This document shows positions 9,148 through 18,005 of a DNA stretch of 64,000 nt, piece after piece. The stretch comes from Thermodesulfobacteriota bacterium (lineage in GTDB: Bacteria > Desulfobacterota > DSM-4660 > Desulfatiglandales > HGW-15). A program made the translations under genes and the position numbers. The DNA lies in the NCBI GenBank assembly GCA_042573485.1, contig JBHPCX010000002.1, positions 26,984 through 90,983 on the forward strand, in the 5' to 3' direction. The notes under the pieces are model-generated. The model was not told where the DNA came from. It worked only from the letters and a program-made list of their open reading frames with translations, and made no database searches. Position 1 is the stretch's first letter; every line of letters starts with the position of its first letter.

Positions 9148-10677
9148 ATGGAAGAAATTCTGAAAAAACTGGATTTATTGGGTGAGAATTCAGGGGCGGG
9201 CACAGGTTCCTGGCTTGAATGCAGGGGTGAGATCATCGAGTCATTTTCACCTGTTCATGGTAAGGCCATTGGAAGAATACGCTGTGCCGGTAAAGAAGAA
9301 TATGAAGAAGTGGTAGCCAATTCGATCGAAGCCTTCCAGGAGTGGCGTATGGTGCCTGCCCCAAAAAGGGGGGAGATTGTCCGTCAACTGGGAAATGCCC
9401 TGCGTGAACACAAAGAAGCACTTGGAGCCTTGATAAGTCTGGAAGTGGGGAAGATCCGGGCTGAGGGAGAAGGAGAGATCCAGGAGATGATTGATATTGC
9501 TGACTTTGCGGTAGGGCAGTCCCGTATGCTTTATGGTTTGACTTTTCATAGCGAACGGACACGGCATCGGATGTACGAACAATGGCACCCTCTGGGACCC
9601 GTCTGTGTAATCACGGCTTTTAACTTTCCCATGGCCGTGTGGGCCTGGAACGCCATGATTGCCCTGGTTGCCGGGAATTCAGTTATCTGGAAGCCTTCTT
9701 CCAAGGCTCCTTTATGCGCTATTGCAATTATGAATATTGCATGGCAGGTAATGAAAGAAAATGGAATTCCGGAAGGGCTTATCAATTTAGTAATAGGAAA
9801 TAGAGATGAAGTTGGAGAGTCTCTAATTAATGACCGACGCATTCCTCTTATCTCTGCAACAGGTAGTGTGCCCATGGGACGGCATGTTGGAGAGGTAGTA
9901 GCCTCACGCTTTGGGAAAACTATCCTGGAGCTTGGGGGGAATAACGGTATAATTGTTACTCCCACGGCGGATTTAGAACTGGCTGCGAGGGGTATCCTCT
10001 TTGGTGCAGTGGGAACTGCCGGACAGCGGTGTACTACCACACGACGGTTGATCGTACACAAGGATATCTACAAATCCTTTACCCAGGCACTGATAAATGC
10101 CTACAAGCAGGTTCCAATCGGCGACCCCCTGAAAGAAGGGATCCTTATGGGACCGCTGATCGACAAAAAGGCTGTAAAAGATATGCAGGAGGCCTTGAAG
10201 AAATTGAAGAAGCAGGGAGGGCGGGTACTCTATGGCGGAGAAACTCTATCAGGTGGGATTTTTGATACGGGAACCTATGTAACACCCTGCATATGTGAGG
10301 CTGAATTCAATTACCCAGTTGTCCGGGAAGAAACCTTTGCGCCCATTCTTTATCTGATTCAGTATGAGAACCTGGAAGAAGCCATACAATATCATAATGC
10401 GGTTCCTCAGGGACTTTCATCGGCTATTTTCACCAATGACCTCCGCCAGGCGGAAAATTTTCTAAGCCATGCAGGGAGTGACTGTGGTATTGCAAATGTG
10501 AACATAGGAACCTCGGGAGCTGAAATCGGCGGTGCCTTTGGAGGGGAGAAGGATACAGGCGGCGGCCGGGAGGCTGGATCGGATGCCTGGAAAGCCTATA
10601 TGCGGCGCCAGACTTGTACTATAAACTGGTCCGGTGAACTTCCGCTGGCACAGGGAATCCGTTTTGAAACTGAATGA
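9148..10677 (+). CDS. ALDH7-family (antiquitin-type) alpha-aminoadipate-semialdehyde / piperideine-6-carboxylate dehydrogenase
   Basis: 509 aa. Long collinear matches to my memory of human ALDH7A1: PAPKRGEIVRQLGNALRE, ELGGNN, AVGTAGQRCTTTRRL, and SDCGIANVNIGTSGAEIGGAFGGEKDTGGGREAGSDAWKAYMRRQTCTINWS..LPLAQGI. Confidence 0.85.
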   Translation: MEEILKKLDLLGENSGAGTGSWLECRGEIIESFSPVHGKAIGRIRCAGKEEYEEVVANSIEAFQEWRMVPAPKRGEIVRQLGNALREHKEALGALISLEVGKIRAEGEGEIQEMIDIADFAVGQSRMLYGLTFHSERTRHRMYEQWHPLGPVCVITAFNFPMAVWAWNAMIALVAGNSVIWKPSSKAPLCAIAIMNIAWQVMKENGIPEGLINLVIGNRDEVGESLINDRRIPLISATGSVPMGRHVGEVVASRFGKTILELGGNNGIIVTPTADLELAARGILFGAVGTAGQRCTTTRRLIVHKDIYKSFTQALINAYKQVPIGDPLKEGILMGPLIDKKAVKDMQEALKKLKKQGGRVLYGGETLSGGIFDTGTYVTPCICEAEFNYPVVREETFAPILYLIQYENLEEAIQYHNAVPQGLSSAIFTNDLRQAENFLSHAGSDCGIANVNIGTSGAEIGGAFGGEKDTGGGREAGSDAWKAYMRRQTCTINWSGELPLAQGIRFETE

Positions 10678-10738
10678 CTGGGCAAAGGGGCCAAGGGTTC
10701 TAGGATTTAAAGGTTCAAGTGTCCAAAAGATACTTGAC

Positions 10739-10767
10739 GTCATTCCCGTGCAGGCGGGAATCCATTT
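10739..10767 (+). repeat. REP-like palindromic element, copy 1 (GTCATTCCCGtgcaggCGGGAATCCATTT)
   Basis: Identical to copy 4. Imperfect hairpin ATTCCCG/CGGGAAT. Confidence 0.85.
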
Positions 10768-10849
10768 AAAATTTTTAACTGAGTATTTGAAGCTACACTT
10801 CATCTGAAATAACGTCTGTTTGATCCAGCCTGGAAATGGTGAATGATCT

Positions 10850-10877
10850 GGATTCCCCGATCAAGTCGGGGAATGAC
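10850..10877 (-). repeat. REP-like element, diverged copy 2 (GGATTCCCCGAtcaagTCGGGGAATGAC)
   Basis: Same architecture in the opposite orientation, with the stem sequence changed in a compensatory way (CCCCGA/TCGGGG). Confidence 0.6.
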
Positions 10878-10907
10878 TGAGGGTTGATTTCCGCGGTTTT
10901 AAGGTAT

Positions 10908-10939
10908 GTTATTCCGCGGCTCCGACCGAGGAATCCATA
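10908..10939 (+). repeat. REP-like element, degenerate copy 3 (GTTATTCCGCGGctccgaCCGAGGAATCCATA)
   Basis: Shares the flanks GT.ATTCC and GGAATCCAT. The stem is partly decayed. Confidence 0.45.
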
Positions 10940-11008
10940 ATATCAAACACCTACTGAATATCATGAGGTGTTGCAGAGATGAAAAATGAACCAAGACCGT
11001 TCAAATCC

Positions 11009-11037
11009 GTCATTCCCGTGCAGGCGGGAATCCATTT
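11009..11037 (+). repeat. REP-like palindromic element, copy 4
   Basis: GTCATTCCCGTGCAGGCGGGAATCCATTT, identical to 10739-10767. Confidence 0.85.
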
Positions 11038-11240
11038 TTTATTTGTTTTTCCCAAAGAGCTGCAAAATCAAATCTGAATCCAATCCATAGTATAAAAGCA
11101 TTATATTTCTTTGCGAAATCAGCAACTACGCCGTTTTTATGTTCTCATAGACGTTTAATCACAATTATTTAAAACATCATTATAAAGGGTTTATTTACAT
11201 TTACTGCTAATATGTAAACAGGAGGTTGTTTTATTATTTT

Positions 11241-11269
11241 AAATGGATTCCCGCCTGCGCGGGAATGAC
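11241..11269 (-). repeat. REP-like palindromic element, copy 5 (inverted orientation)
   Basis: AAATGGATTCCCGCCTGCGCGGGAATGAC. Identical to the copy at 58091-58119. Confidence 0.85.
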
Positions 11270-11405
11270 GGTATTGAGGGGGACTGGCCTGTCCCTCTAT
11301 AGCTGAAAGCGACGGCGGAAGCTAAAAGCCTAAACTTCCAAGCTTCCTGGCATCACAGCTTTCTAGCTTTCCAGTTTCTCAGCTATCTACTCCCTTCTCC
11401 ATGCT

Positions 11406-12710
11406 CTATGCTCTTTGCTCTATCCTAACCCGTTCAACCACTTCAATAGCAGATTTGAGGATAGGTTCCTTATATTTAATTTTAAGGGCGGATTGCAGCA
11501 TCTCAGGATTTATAACTCTATTGAGTTTCGACAGGACTGATAAGAAAGCAAGGGACCAATCAGGCTTCTTAACCTGCTGCCCTTTCAAATCGATCTGCAG
11601 TAGTTTAGCACCGGAAGGAGGGACTTCTACTCCACTGGCCTGGATGACCAGGGTATCCTGGTCAATCTGATCAAACAGATGCTTTCTGCGGGTGACTCCT
11701 TCCTGGTTTATGGCCGCGATAATAGATGGTTTGCCTATGCCTGTAAAGTCAATCTCATCCCGGGATAAAATCAATTCACTGATGGAAGGCCCTCTCAGAA
11801 CGGTAATATCGAACTCATTTTTTTGTGAGACCTTTAGTCCGGCAGTAAGTCCTGCGAGGCATAGTATTTCACCGGCTGTTTGTACTCTCTGGCCGGCACC
11901 TCCAAGAATGATCACTTCCTCTCTCCCAAATTCAGGTGAATTGAGCCTTGCGTCAATTTTGACAGGGTGTGTAACAGGTTTTAAATTTTCAGCCAGTTCC
12001 CTGTAATACCTGCCATACTCCTTCCTGGCGTTTGCCGGTACCATGCCCTCAGCAGGGGGCAATTTGGCAAGGCTTTCCTCAATGATTTGAGGGGTTATTC
12101 TGTTATGTTTTGTATATCGTCCTGTACAGATACCCCAGATATCCAGTATTGAAAAACCGTCATTTTGGATAGCTTTTTCTATGTCCACCGCCAGATCCTT
12201 TTTAAAACTTGAACATCGGCTGATATATGATGCTCCCGCGGCAAAAGCAAGCTGACTCACATCCATAGGACGCTCCAGCCGGTTAAGAAATCCCGATCCC
12301 ACTTTGGCGCTATCGGGGGTGGTTGCTGAAAACTGACCTCCGGTCATTCCAAAGTTGAAATTGTTCAGAATAAGCAGTGTCAAATCCAGGTTTCTGCGGC
12401 ACGCGCTGATGAGGTGCGCGCCCCCTATGCCCAGGCCGCCATCTCCCATGATAACCACAATGTTCAACTCGGGTCTGGCCAGTTTCAAGCCTGTCGCATA
12501 AGTCAGTGCACGGCCATGAAGACCGTGGAAGGTGTGAGTGTGAAAATAAGTGTCAAAAAGACCTGAACACCCGATGTCACTGACAAGGGCTATCCGGTTG
12601 CCTTTTAGATCCATATGTTGAAAGCACCTGTCAAGGGCACGGATAACACGGTCATGGGAGCAACCCGGACAAAAGGCAGGAGGCCTGTCGGTGTTCAGCA
12701 AACTAGGCAC
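11406..12710 (-). CDS. 2-oxoacid:ferredoxin oxidoreductase, beta (TPP-binding) subunit fused to a gamma-type domain
   Basis: 434 aa. N-terminus FCPGCSH and the TPP motif MGDGGLGIGGAHL. The C-terminal 170 aa are gamma-like (IILGGAGQRVQTAGEIL). GTG start overlaps the upstream alpha gene by 8 nt. Confidence 0.8.
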   Translation of the reverse strand: MPSLLNTDRPPAFCPGCSHDRVIRALDRCFQHMDLKGNRIALVSDIGCSGLFDTYFHTHTFHGLHGRALTYATGLKLARPELNIVVIMGDGGLGIGGAHLISACRRNLDLTLLILNNFNFGMTGGQFSATTPDSAKVGSGFLNRLERPMDVSQLAFAAGASYISRCSSFKKDLAVDIEKAIQNDGFSILDIWGICTGRYTKHNRITPQIIEESLAKLPPAEGMVPANARKEYGRYYRELAENLKPVTHPVKIDARLNSPEFGREEVIILGGAGQRVQTAGEILCLAGLTAGLKVSQKNEFDITVLRGPSISELILSRDEIDFTGIGKPSIIAAINQEGVTRRKHLFDQIDQDTLVIQASGVEVPPSGAKLLQIDLKGQQVKKPDWSLAFLSVLSKLNRVINPEMLQSALKIKYKEPILKSAIEVVERVRIEQRA

Positions 12711-13827
12711 TGTTTATAACCTCCTTGACCTGATCCGGAGTGATGAGCCTGCCGTCCATCTGGCCAAAGAATTGTACCTTTTTGTCAGGAAGGATACGTT
12801 TGATTTCCCTGATGTACTGGCCCAGGTTCATTTCAATAACAATAACCCGTTTTGCTTTCCCGGCCTTTTCTTTGATCAGATTCTCCGGAACGGGCCAGAG
12901 GCTTTTAAGGATAAGGAGGGAGACCGGCTTTCCCATGTTTTTTTGCTCTTTATAAACTTCTATCGCTGACCTGGAAGTGACTCCATAGGTGAGGAGCAAT
13001 GTATCGGTGTCATCCTCATAATATTCTTCATATATACAAAACCTGTCCACGTTTGAAAGGAGTTTATTCTTAAGCCTTTGACGGGTTTCAGAAATTTCAT
13101 GGTGATCAGTGGTAATATAACCGTTCCGCCCATGGGTGGAAGAGGTCTGACGGACAAGGGCCTTACCTCCAATCGGTAAAAAGTCCGGAGCCATACGATC
13201 AGGGGAGGGGATGTCAAAGGGGAGAAAGGGCTTACCTGATGGAGATGCTTTACGCTCCAGGATTTCCGGTTTCTTAATTGCATCGATGTCAACACTTTCT
13301 CTGGTCGTCGCGATTTCTTTGTTTGATGCAATGAATACCGGGCATCTATACTCTTCCGCAAGGTTAAAAGCGTGCATTGTCAGTAGAAAGCAATCTCTGA
13401 CATCAACCGGTGCAAGTACGATGACCGGTAAGCCCCCGCTGCTGCCCCAGTACATAAACTGTATATCACCATCTGCTCCTCGGGTAGCTGAGCCGGTAGA
13501 GGGTCCCAACCTCTGAACATCAACAATTACAATGGGGATCTCGCTTCCAATAGCAAAGGAAATATTTTCACTGTAGAGGCTCAGGCCGGGCCCTGATGTG
13601 GCTGTCATAACCTTTAAACCGGCCATTGAAGCGCCCAGGCAATATCCAATTGAGGCAATTTCATCCTCACCCTGCAGGCATATACCTCCTTCAGGAGGTA
13701 AAAGATTGAGCATAGTATTGAATATCGAGGTTGCAGGCGTGATAGGGTACCCGGCATAAAACCGGCAATCTGAAGTAACAGCTCCCCAGGCAATTGCCTC
13801 ATTGCCATCTAAGAAAGACAAGGCCAT
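12703..13827 (-). CDS. 2-oxoacid:ferredoxin oxidoreductase, alpha subunit (KorA/OorA-like)
   Basis: 374 aa with GNEAIAWGAVTSDCRFYAGYPITPATSI at the N-terminus. RBS GGAGG. Confidence 0.8.
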   Translation of the reverse strand: MALSFLDGNEAIAWGAVTSDCRFYAGYPITPATSIFNTMLNLLPPEGGICLQGEDEIASIGYCLGASMAGLKVMTATSGPGLSLYSENISFAIGSEIPIVIVDVQRLGPSTGSATRGADGDIQFMYWGSSGGLPVIVLAPVDVRDCFLLTMHAFNLAEEYRCPVFIASNKEIATTRESVDIDAIKKPEILERKASPSGKPFLPFDIPSPDRMAPDFLPIGGKALVRQTSSTHGRNGYITTDHHEISETRQRLKNKLLSNVDRFCIYEEYYEDDTDTLLLTYGVTSRSAIEVYKEQKNMGKPVSLLILKSLWPVPENLIKEKAGKAKRVIVIEMNLGQYIREIKRILPDKKVQFFGQMDGRLITPDQVKEVINSA

Positions 13828-14387
13828 TTACACACCTCCATACCAGAAGTACAATATGCTGCCCAAATCTGTTGAGATCTTTATACATAACTTCCTGTGT
13901 AAATGTAAGGAAAAAGACAAAAGTTATCTGACTGATTAATTTATATGAAAATTGCATTAGAATATTCAAAGCATCCAATCATCTGTTTTATATCTTATTC
14001 ATTACCTTCCATGGCAAATCGTCCTGACTTTGAATTGCGGATACTTGTTTAAAAGTTTGATTTCATTTCTTTATTTGATATAATTTTCTCATTAAAGACT
14101 TTGAATAACCTGTAAATATAATAGGGACAAAAAGTAAACAGGCCGGGTTATATCAATATAACTCTTCATGACAAACAGTAGGTATTAAGCTGAATTCCGC
14201 CATAGTTTGTAACGGAAGATGAGTTGATCAATGAGGATTCAAGGATTCGAGAAGTCGCTGAATCTTTATATTATTGTTTAAAGAATATCAGCTTATATTT
14301 TTTTAAAAAAGGGCTGTTTTCTTTTATTCCAAATTAAATAGATTTAGCTGAGTGTTGATGGTTGACAGCTGAAAGCTCCACAAATAA

Positions 14388-14894
14388 ATGGTCTATTTTC
14401 TCTATAATATTAATGAAGAAATTGAGAGGTCAAAGGACCTTTATTCCCGCTATGGCAGTGAGATTCTGGAGGATAAAAGATGTGCAGGGCTTCTAAAAAA
14501 ATACAGGGCATCAATAGAAGAATCCCGGGATTTGATGAAAGACCTTGGGGTTATTGAAATCTGTTCCTCCTGTGCGGATGAAAGACTCGGGGGATGCTGC
14601 TATTACGGCGTTGAAACATGGTATTCAAAAACTGTTCTGCTGATGAACCTGTTGATGGGTATCGAAATACAGGGAACAAGGAAATTTGAAAAGAATTGTC
14701 TATTTGTAGATGAAAAAGGGTGCCGGCTCAAGGCGCGTTTTAATCCGTGCATCCACCATCTGTGTCAGAAAATCAGGAATACACTCAGCCATCATGATTT
14801 TTTAAGACTAAGGGCAGTGACAAACCATGAAATTAAACTGGGAGTACGGGCTGAATCAGCAGTAAGGGACTTTATAAAGCCTATTAGGCTGTAG
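14388..14894 (+). CDS. Cys-rich hypothetical protein, YkgJ/UPF0153-like (CxxCxxCC-type metal-chelating pattern)
   Basis: 168 aa with CSSCADERLGGCCYYG and CLFVDEKGCRLKARFNPCIHHLC. No clear RBS, so the start is uncertain. Confidence 0.35.
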   Translation: MVYFLYNINEEIERSKDLYSRYGSEILEDKRCAGLLKKYRASIEESRDLMKDLGVIEICSSCADERLGGCCYYGVETWYSKTVLLMNLLMGIEIQGTRKFEKNCLFVDEKGCRLKARFNPCIHHLCQKIRNTLSHHDFLRLRAVTNHEIKLGVRAESAVRDFIKPIRL

Positions 14895-14981
14895 GCTGAA
14901 GACTGTCAGGTTCAGCCTTGCTTGCAGCCCGCTGTACTTCTTGTTCCTGGACAAGAGTTATCCAGGCTATAAGTATGATCT

Positions 14982-15920
14982 TCAGTTCGTGGCACTCTCG
15001 CTCATACCGCAAAGAGCCTTCAAAACATTTAACCGCTTATCGGACTGTTGCTGTAGGACACTTACTTCATCATCTCCCAGGTGGTTGAACTTTCCTATGA
15101 GTTTCAGCATTTCGGATATTGGTTTTTGTTTTTTGACGTTTTGTGTAATTCTATACTCTCCATCTTCTACTTCATATAAAGGAAAATAATTTGTCCGGAC
15201 TGCCTCACGGCATACCTGAATACAGGCGTCAGGCTGTACTTTCCAACCAACTGTACAGGGGCAGAATACATGCAGGTATACAAACCCTTCCTTCACTTTT
15301 TCCTTTGCCTTGGTAAGCTTCTTAGCGTAATCCTCCAGGTGGCTCATTGTGGCGGTGGCCACATAGGGTATATTATGCATTGACATAATCATGGGCATGT
15401 TCTTTGAAGCTGTTGTCTTGCCTATGCTTTCTGAGCCAACCGGAGTGGTGCTGGTGGCCGCACCATAGGGTGTAGCGCTGCTTCTTTGAACACCCGTGTT
15501 CATATAACCTTCATTGTCATAACAGAGATATATGACATTTTCGTTACGTTCAGCAGCCCCGCTGATGGTTTGAAATCCTATATCCTGAGCACAGCCGTCC
15601 CCTGTGTGGCAGAGGATTGTGGCATCGATTCCCGCCTTTTTATAATAACGGGCCAATCCGGTTGCACTTGAAGCCACTCCTGTCATCACATTGGCATAGT
15701 AGGAGTGCTTATGCCAGGCCTTATCGTTCTGGCCATGGAGGGTAGGTGCGCTGCAGCCGGGGGTTCCCAGCAAAATAGTTTCTTTCCCCATAATTTTAGA
15801 AACCAGACGAAGATTCAATTCCATTAAACAACCGGGGCAGCATGCGTTCCCGGGAGAAAACTGGTCTTCGTCACAGTAGTACTCAGTTACTTTAGGCTTT
15901 TTCTGTATATTTTCGGCCAT
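14982..15920 (-). CDS. Four-subunit 2-oxoacid:ferredoxin oxidoreductase, beta subunit (Por/Vor/Ior-type)
   Basis: 312 aa with CPGCLMEL near the N-terminus and the TPP-binding motif GDGCAQDIGFQ. Confidence 0.8.
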   Translation of the reverse strand: MAENIQKKPKVTEYYCDEDQFSPGNACCPGCLMELNLRLVSKIMGKETILLGTPGCSAPTLHGQNDKAWHKHSYYANVMTGVASSATGLARYYKKAGIDATILCHTGDGCAQDIGFQTISGAAERNENVIYLCYDNEGYMNTGVQRSSATPYGAATSTTPVGSESIGKTTASKNMPMIMSMHNIPYVATATMSHLEDYAKKLTKAKEKVKEGFVYLHVFCPCTVGWKVQPDACIQVCREAVRTNYFPLYEVEDGEYRITQNVKKQKPISEMLKLIGKFNHLGDDEVSVLQQQSDKRLNVLKALCGMSESATN

Positions 15921-15937
15921 GATAAATCCTTTCCTGC

Positions 15938-17131
15938 TTATGGTAACCAGGTGACTTCCTGGTAGGGTTTGTCCTGTGATGCTTTATATATTTCATCCAC
16001 CATACTTGCAATATGCTCTTTAGTAATATCCATATTGGCCAGACCATCTATGAAGCTCAGCATGGGTATGATACCTATGTGCCGTGCGAGGGCGGTCACT
16101 TCCATATAGATAGGACCGCAATTCCATCCGAAACAAATGCTGCGGTCCAGAACACCGATTGCCTTTTTACCCTTCAAGGCGTGGCTCAGTTTTTCTACCG
16201 GAAAAGGTCGAAAAAGACGCATTTTAACCAGGCCAACCTTGATACCTTCTTCACGTTTGGCATCGATTACCGTTCTGGCTGTTCCAACGGCACTTCCCGA
16301 TGTTACCAGAACAATATCAGCGTCATCGCAGCGATATTCTTCGATCTGACCGCCATAGCTGCGTCCGAAATCCTTCTGAAAAAGATCGTCGACCTCTTCC
16401 CATTTATCTTTGACACGTTCCATGGCCGCCATATGCTTCTTGCGGTATTCGACAAATCCTTCCCCGATACCATGGCTGCCGCAGCCGATTCCCTTGCCGG
16501 GAAGCAGTTTCATTCTTTCCGGTTGGTCCTTCAGGGGTGCCAGATAGTTATCGACATCTTCCTCCTCAGGTATATCCACGGTCTCGGCCAGAAACGAGAG
16601 ATAGTAACCATCGTAATTTACCATGACAGGCAATTGAATGTCATAGTCTTCAGCCAGCCGGTAAGCCATGATGACCGTATCCAGGATTTCCTGGCAGTTT
16701 TCAACGATAATCTGTACCCAGCCAGAGTCCCGGGTGGAAATCATATCCTGTTGTCCGGAATAGACCGCGTGAATTCCCGGCGGCTCACGATTAACATTCA
16801 CCATGACAAGGGGGGCACGATAACCGGCGGTTTGAAGCAGTGTATCATACATGTATACCAGACCATATGATGAAGTAGCGGTAAAACCCCGCCCGCCAGC
16901 CATTACGGCGGCACAAGCCACGTTCTGGGCCGAGTTTTCACCCTCCACCGCGACATACTCGCAGTCAAGCATGCCGTTGGCGTGAAATTTGGCAAGCTGT
17001 TCAACCAACTCACTCTGGGGAGTTATCGGATAGGCCGCAACCACATCGGGCTTGCATCGCAGGACCCCATACGCCGCCGCGGTATTTCCGGTAATTACTT
17101 TCATATTTTTAGATTTTGCAGTCATCAGCAT
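15938..17131 (-). CDS. 2-oxoacid:ferredoxin oxidoreductase, alpha subunit
   Basis: 397 aa with VITGNTAAAYGVLRCKPDVVAAYPITPQSE. RBS GGAAGGAG. Overlaps the delta gene by 23 nt. Confidence 0.8.
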   Translation of the reverse strand: MLMTAKSKNMKVITGNTAAAYGVLRCKPDVVAAYPITPQSELVEQLAKFHANGMLDCEYVAVEGENSAQNVACAAVMAGGRGFTATSSYGLVYMYDTLLQTAGYRAPLVMVNVNREPPGIHAVYSGQQDMISTRDSGWVQIIVENCQEILDTVIMAYRLAEDYDIQLPVMVNYDGYYLSFLAETVDIPEEEDVDNYLAPLKDQPERMKLLPGKGIGCGSHGIGEGFVEYRKKHMAAMERVKDKWEEVDDLFQKDFGRSYGGQIEEYRCDDADIVLVTSGSAVGTARTVIDAKREEGIKVGLVKMRLFRPFPVEKLSHALKGKKAIGVLDRSICFGWNCGPIYMEVTALARHIGIIPMLSFIDGLANMDITKEHIASMVDEIYKASQDKPYQEVTWLP

Positions 17132-17414
17132 ATTCTCCTTCCGGCGTCATGGTTATCGCTTTCTTCGGGCATTCTTTGGCGCAGATACCGCAACCCTTAC
17201 AGTACTCCAGGTCAATGTCGTAGCCGTCAGCGTAATCGATACATTGCGGCGGGCAGAATACCATGCATATACCGCAGATATTGCAGACCTCCTTGTTGAT
17301 TACCGGCCGCTGGGTTCTCCAGTCACCGGTTTTTAAACAGAGGAGAGGTTTGTTGCCGTCAGACCAGGCAGACTCTGTATCATAAATATATTTTTCTTCC
17401 TTTTTTAATCCCAT
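17109..17414 (-). CDS. 2-oxoacid:ferredoxin oxidoreductase, delta subunit (2x[4Fe-4S] ferredoxin)
   Basis: 101 aa with CNICGICMVFCP and CKGCGICAKECP. Confidence 0.8.
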   Translation of the reverse strand: MGLKKEEKYIYDTESAWSDGNKPLLCLKTGDWRTQRPVINKEVCNICGICMVFCPPQCIDYADGYDIDLEYCKGCGICAKECPKKAITMTPEGEYADDCKI

Positions 17415-17962
17415 GAATACACCTCCACTTCATTAAACCCTCTTTGGGCATTGCGGATATTTCTCTCAAGCATATCTCCGTCCAGGTAATCTGCAAGTCC
17501 CTTGAGAACCGAATCCAGGCCGACCCATCCGGTTGTAGCAGCCAGCGCACCTATAAGACATGTGTTAGGAATGTCTCTGCCTATTTCACACAGGGCTACC
17601 TGGGTAGCATTTATGACACCTGCCTTGCTCAGATTTTCTGCCGGCTTTTTCTCAAGTGCCTGTGCGCTATTATGAATAATTACGCTGTCAGGCTTCAAAC
17701 CCTCATACAATACTGGAAGACCCATGAGAGTGGAGTCGATCACCATTATGCAGTCTGGAGTGTAAACCTGGGTCTTTTCCCGGATTGGTTCTGTGTCAAA
17801 ACGAGTGAATGCAATGACCGGCATACCTCTTCGTTCGAATCCATACATGGGGAAACTTGCAACATGCTGCCCCTCATAGGCGCAGGCGGATGCAAGCATT
17901 TTTGCTGCCAGAACGGCACCCTGTCCACCCCTTCCATGAAATCTTATTTCTTTTACAGACAT
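17405..17962 (-). CDS. 2-oxoacid:ferredoxin oxidoreductase, gamma subunit
   Basis: 185 aa with IRFHGRGGQGAVLAAKMLA, a typical PorG-type start. Confidence 0.8.
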   Translation of the reverse strand: MSVKEIRFHGRGGQGAVLAAKMLASACAYEGQHVASFPMYGFERRGMPVIAFTRFDTEPIREKTQVYTPDCIMVIDSTLMGLPVLYEGLKPDSVIIHNSAQALEKKPAENLSKAGVINATQVALCEIGRDIPNTCLIGALAATTGWVGLDSVLKGLADYLDGDMLERNIRNAQRGFNEVEVYSWD

Positions 17963-18005
17963 TATGAAATATCTCCTTTCTATTACCTGAATCTTGCACC
18001 AGGTA

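Noticed and set aside
10739-11269. Possible CRISPR array
   Set aside because: The repeats are palindromic, occur in both orientations, have irregular spacing (about 80-200 bp) and diverged copies, and there are no cas genes. They behave as REP-like elements, not as a CRISPR array.
11281-11400. Low-complexity stretch (agctttctagctttccagtttctcagcta, atgctctatgctctttgctct) downstream of the OFOR operon
   Set aside because: It contains short imperfect word repeats with no clear period, hairpin or coding potential. I noted it but could not support a feature.
16013-16870. 285-aa plus-strand ORF
   Set aside because: It lies entirely antisense to the well-supported OFOR alpha-subunit gene. It has no RBS, no recognisable motifs and a low-complexity composition, so it is a shadow ORF.
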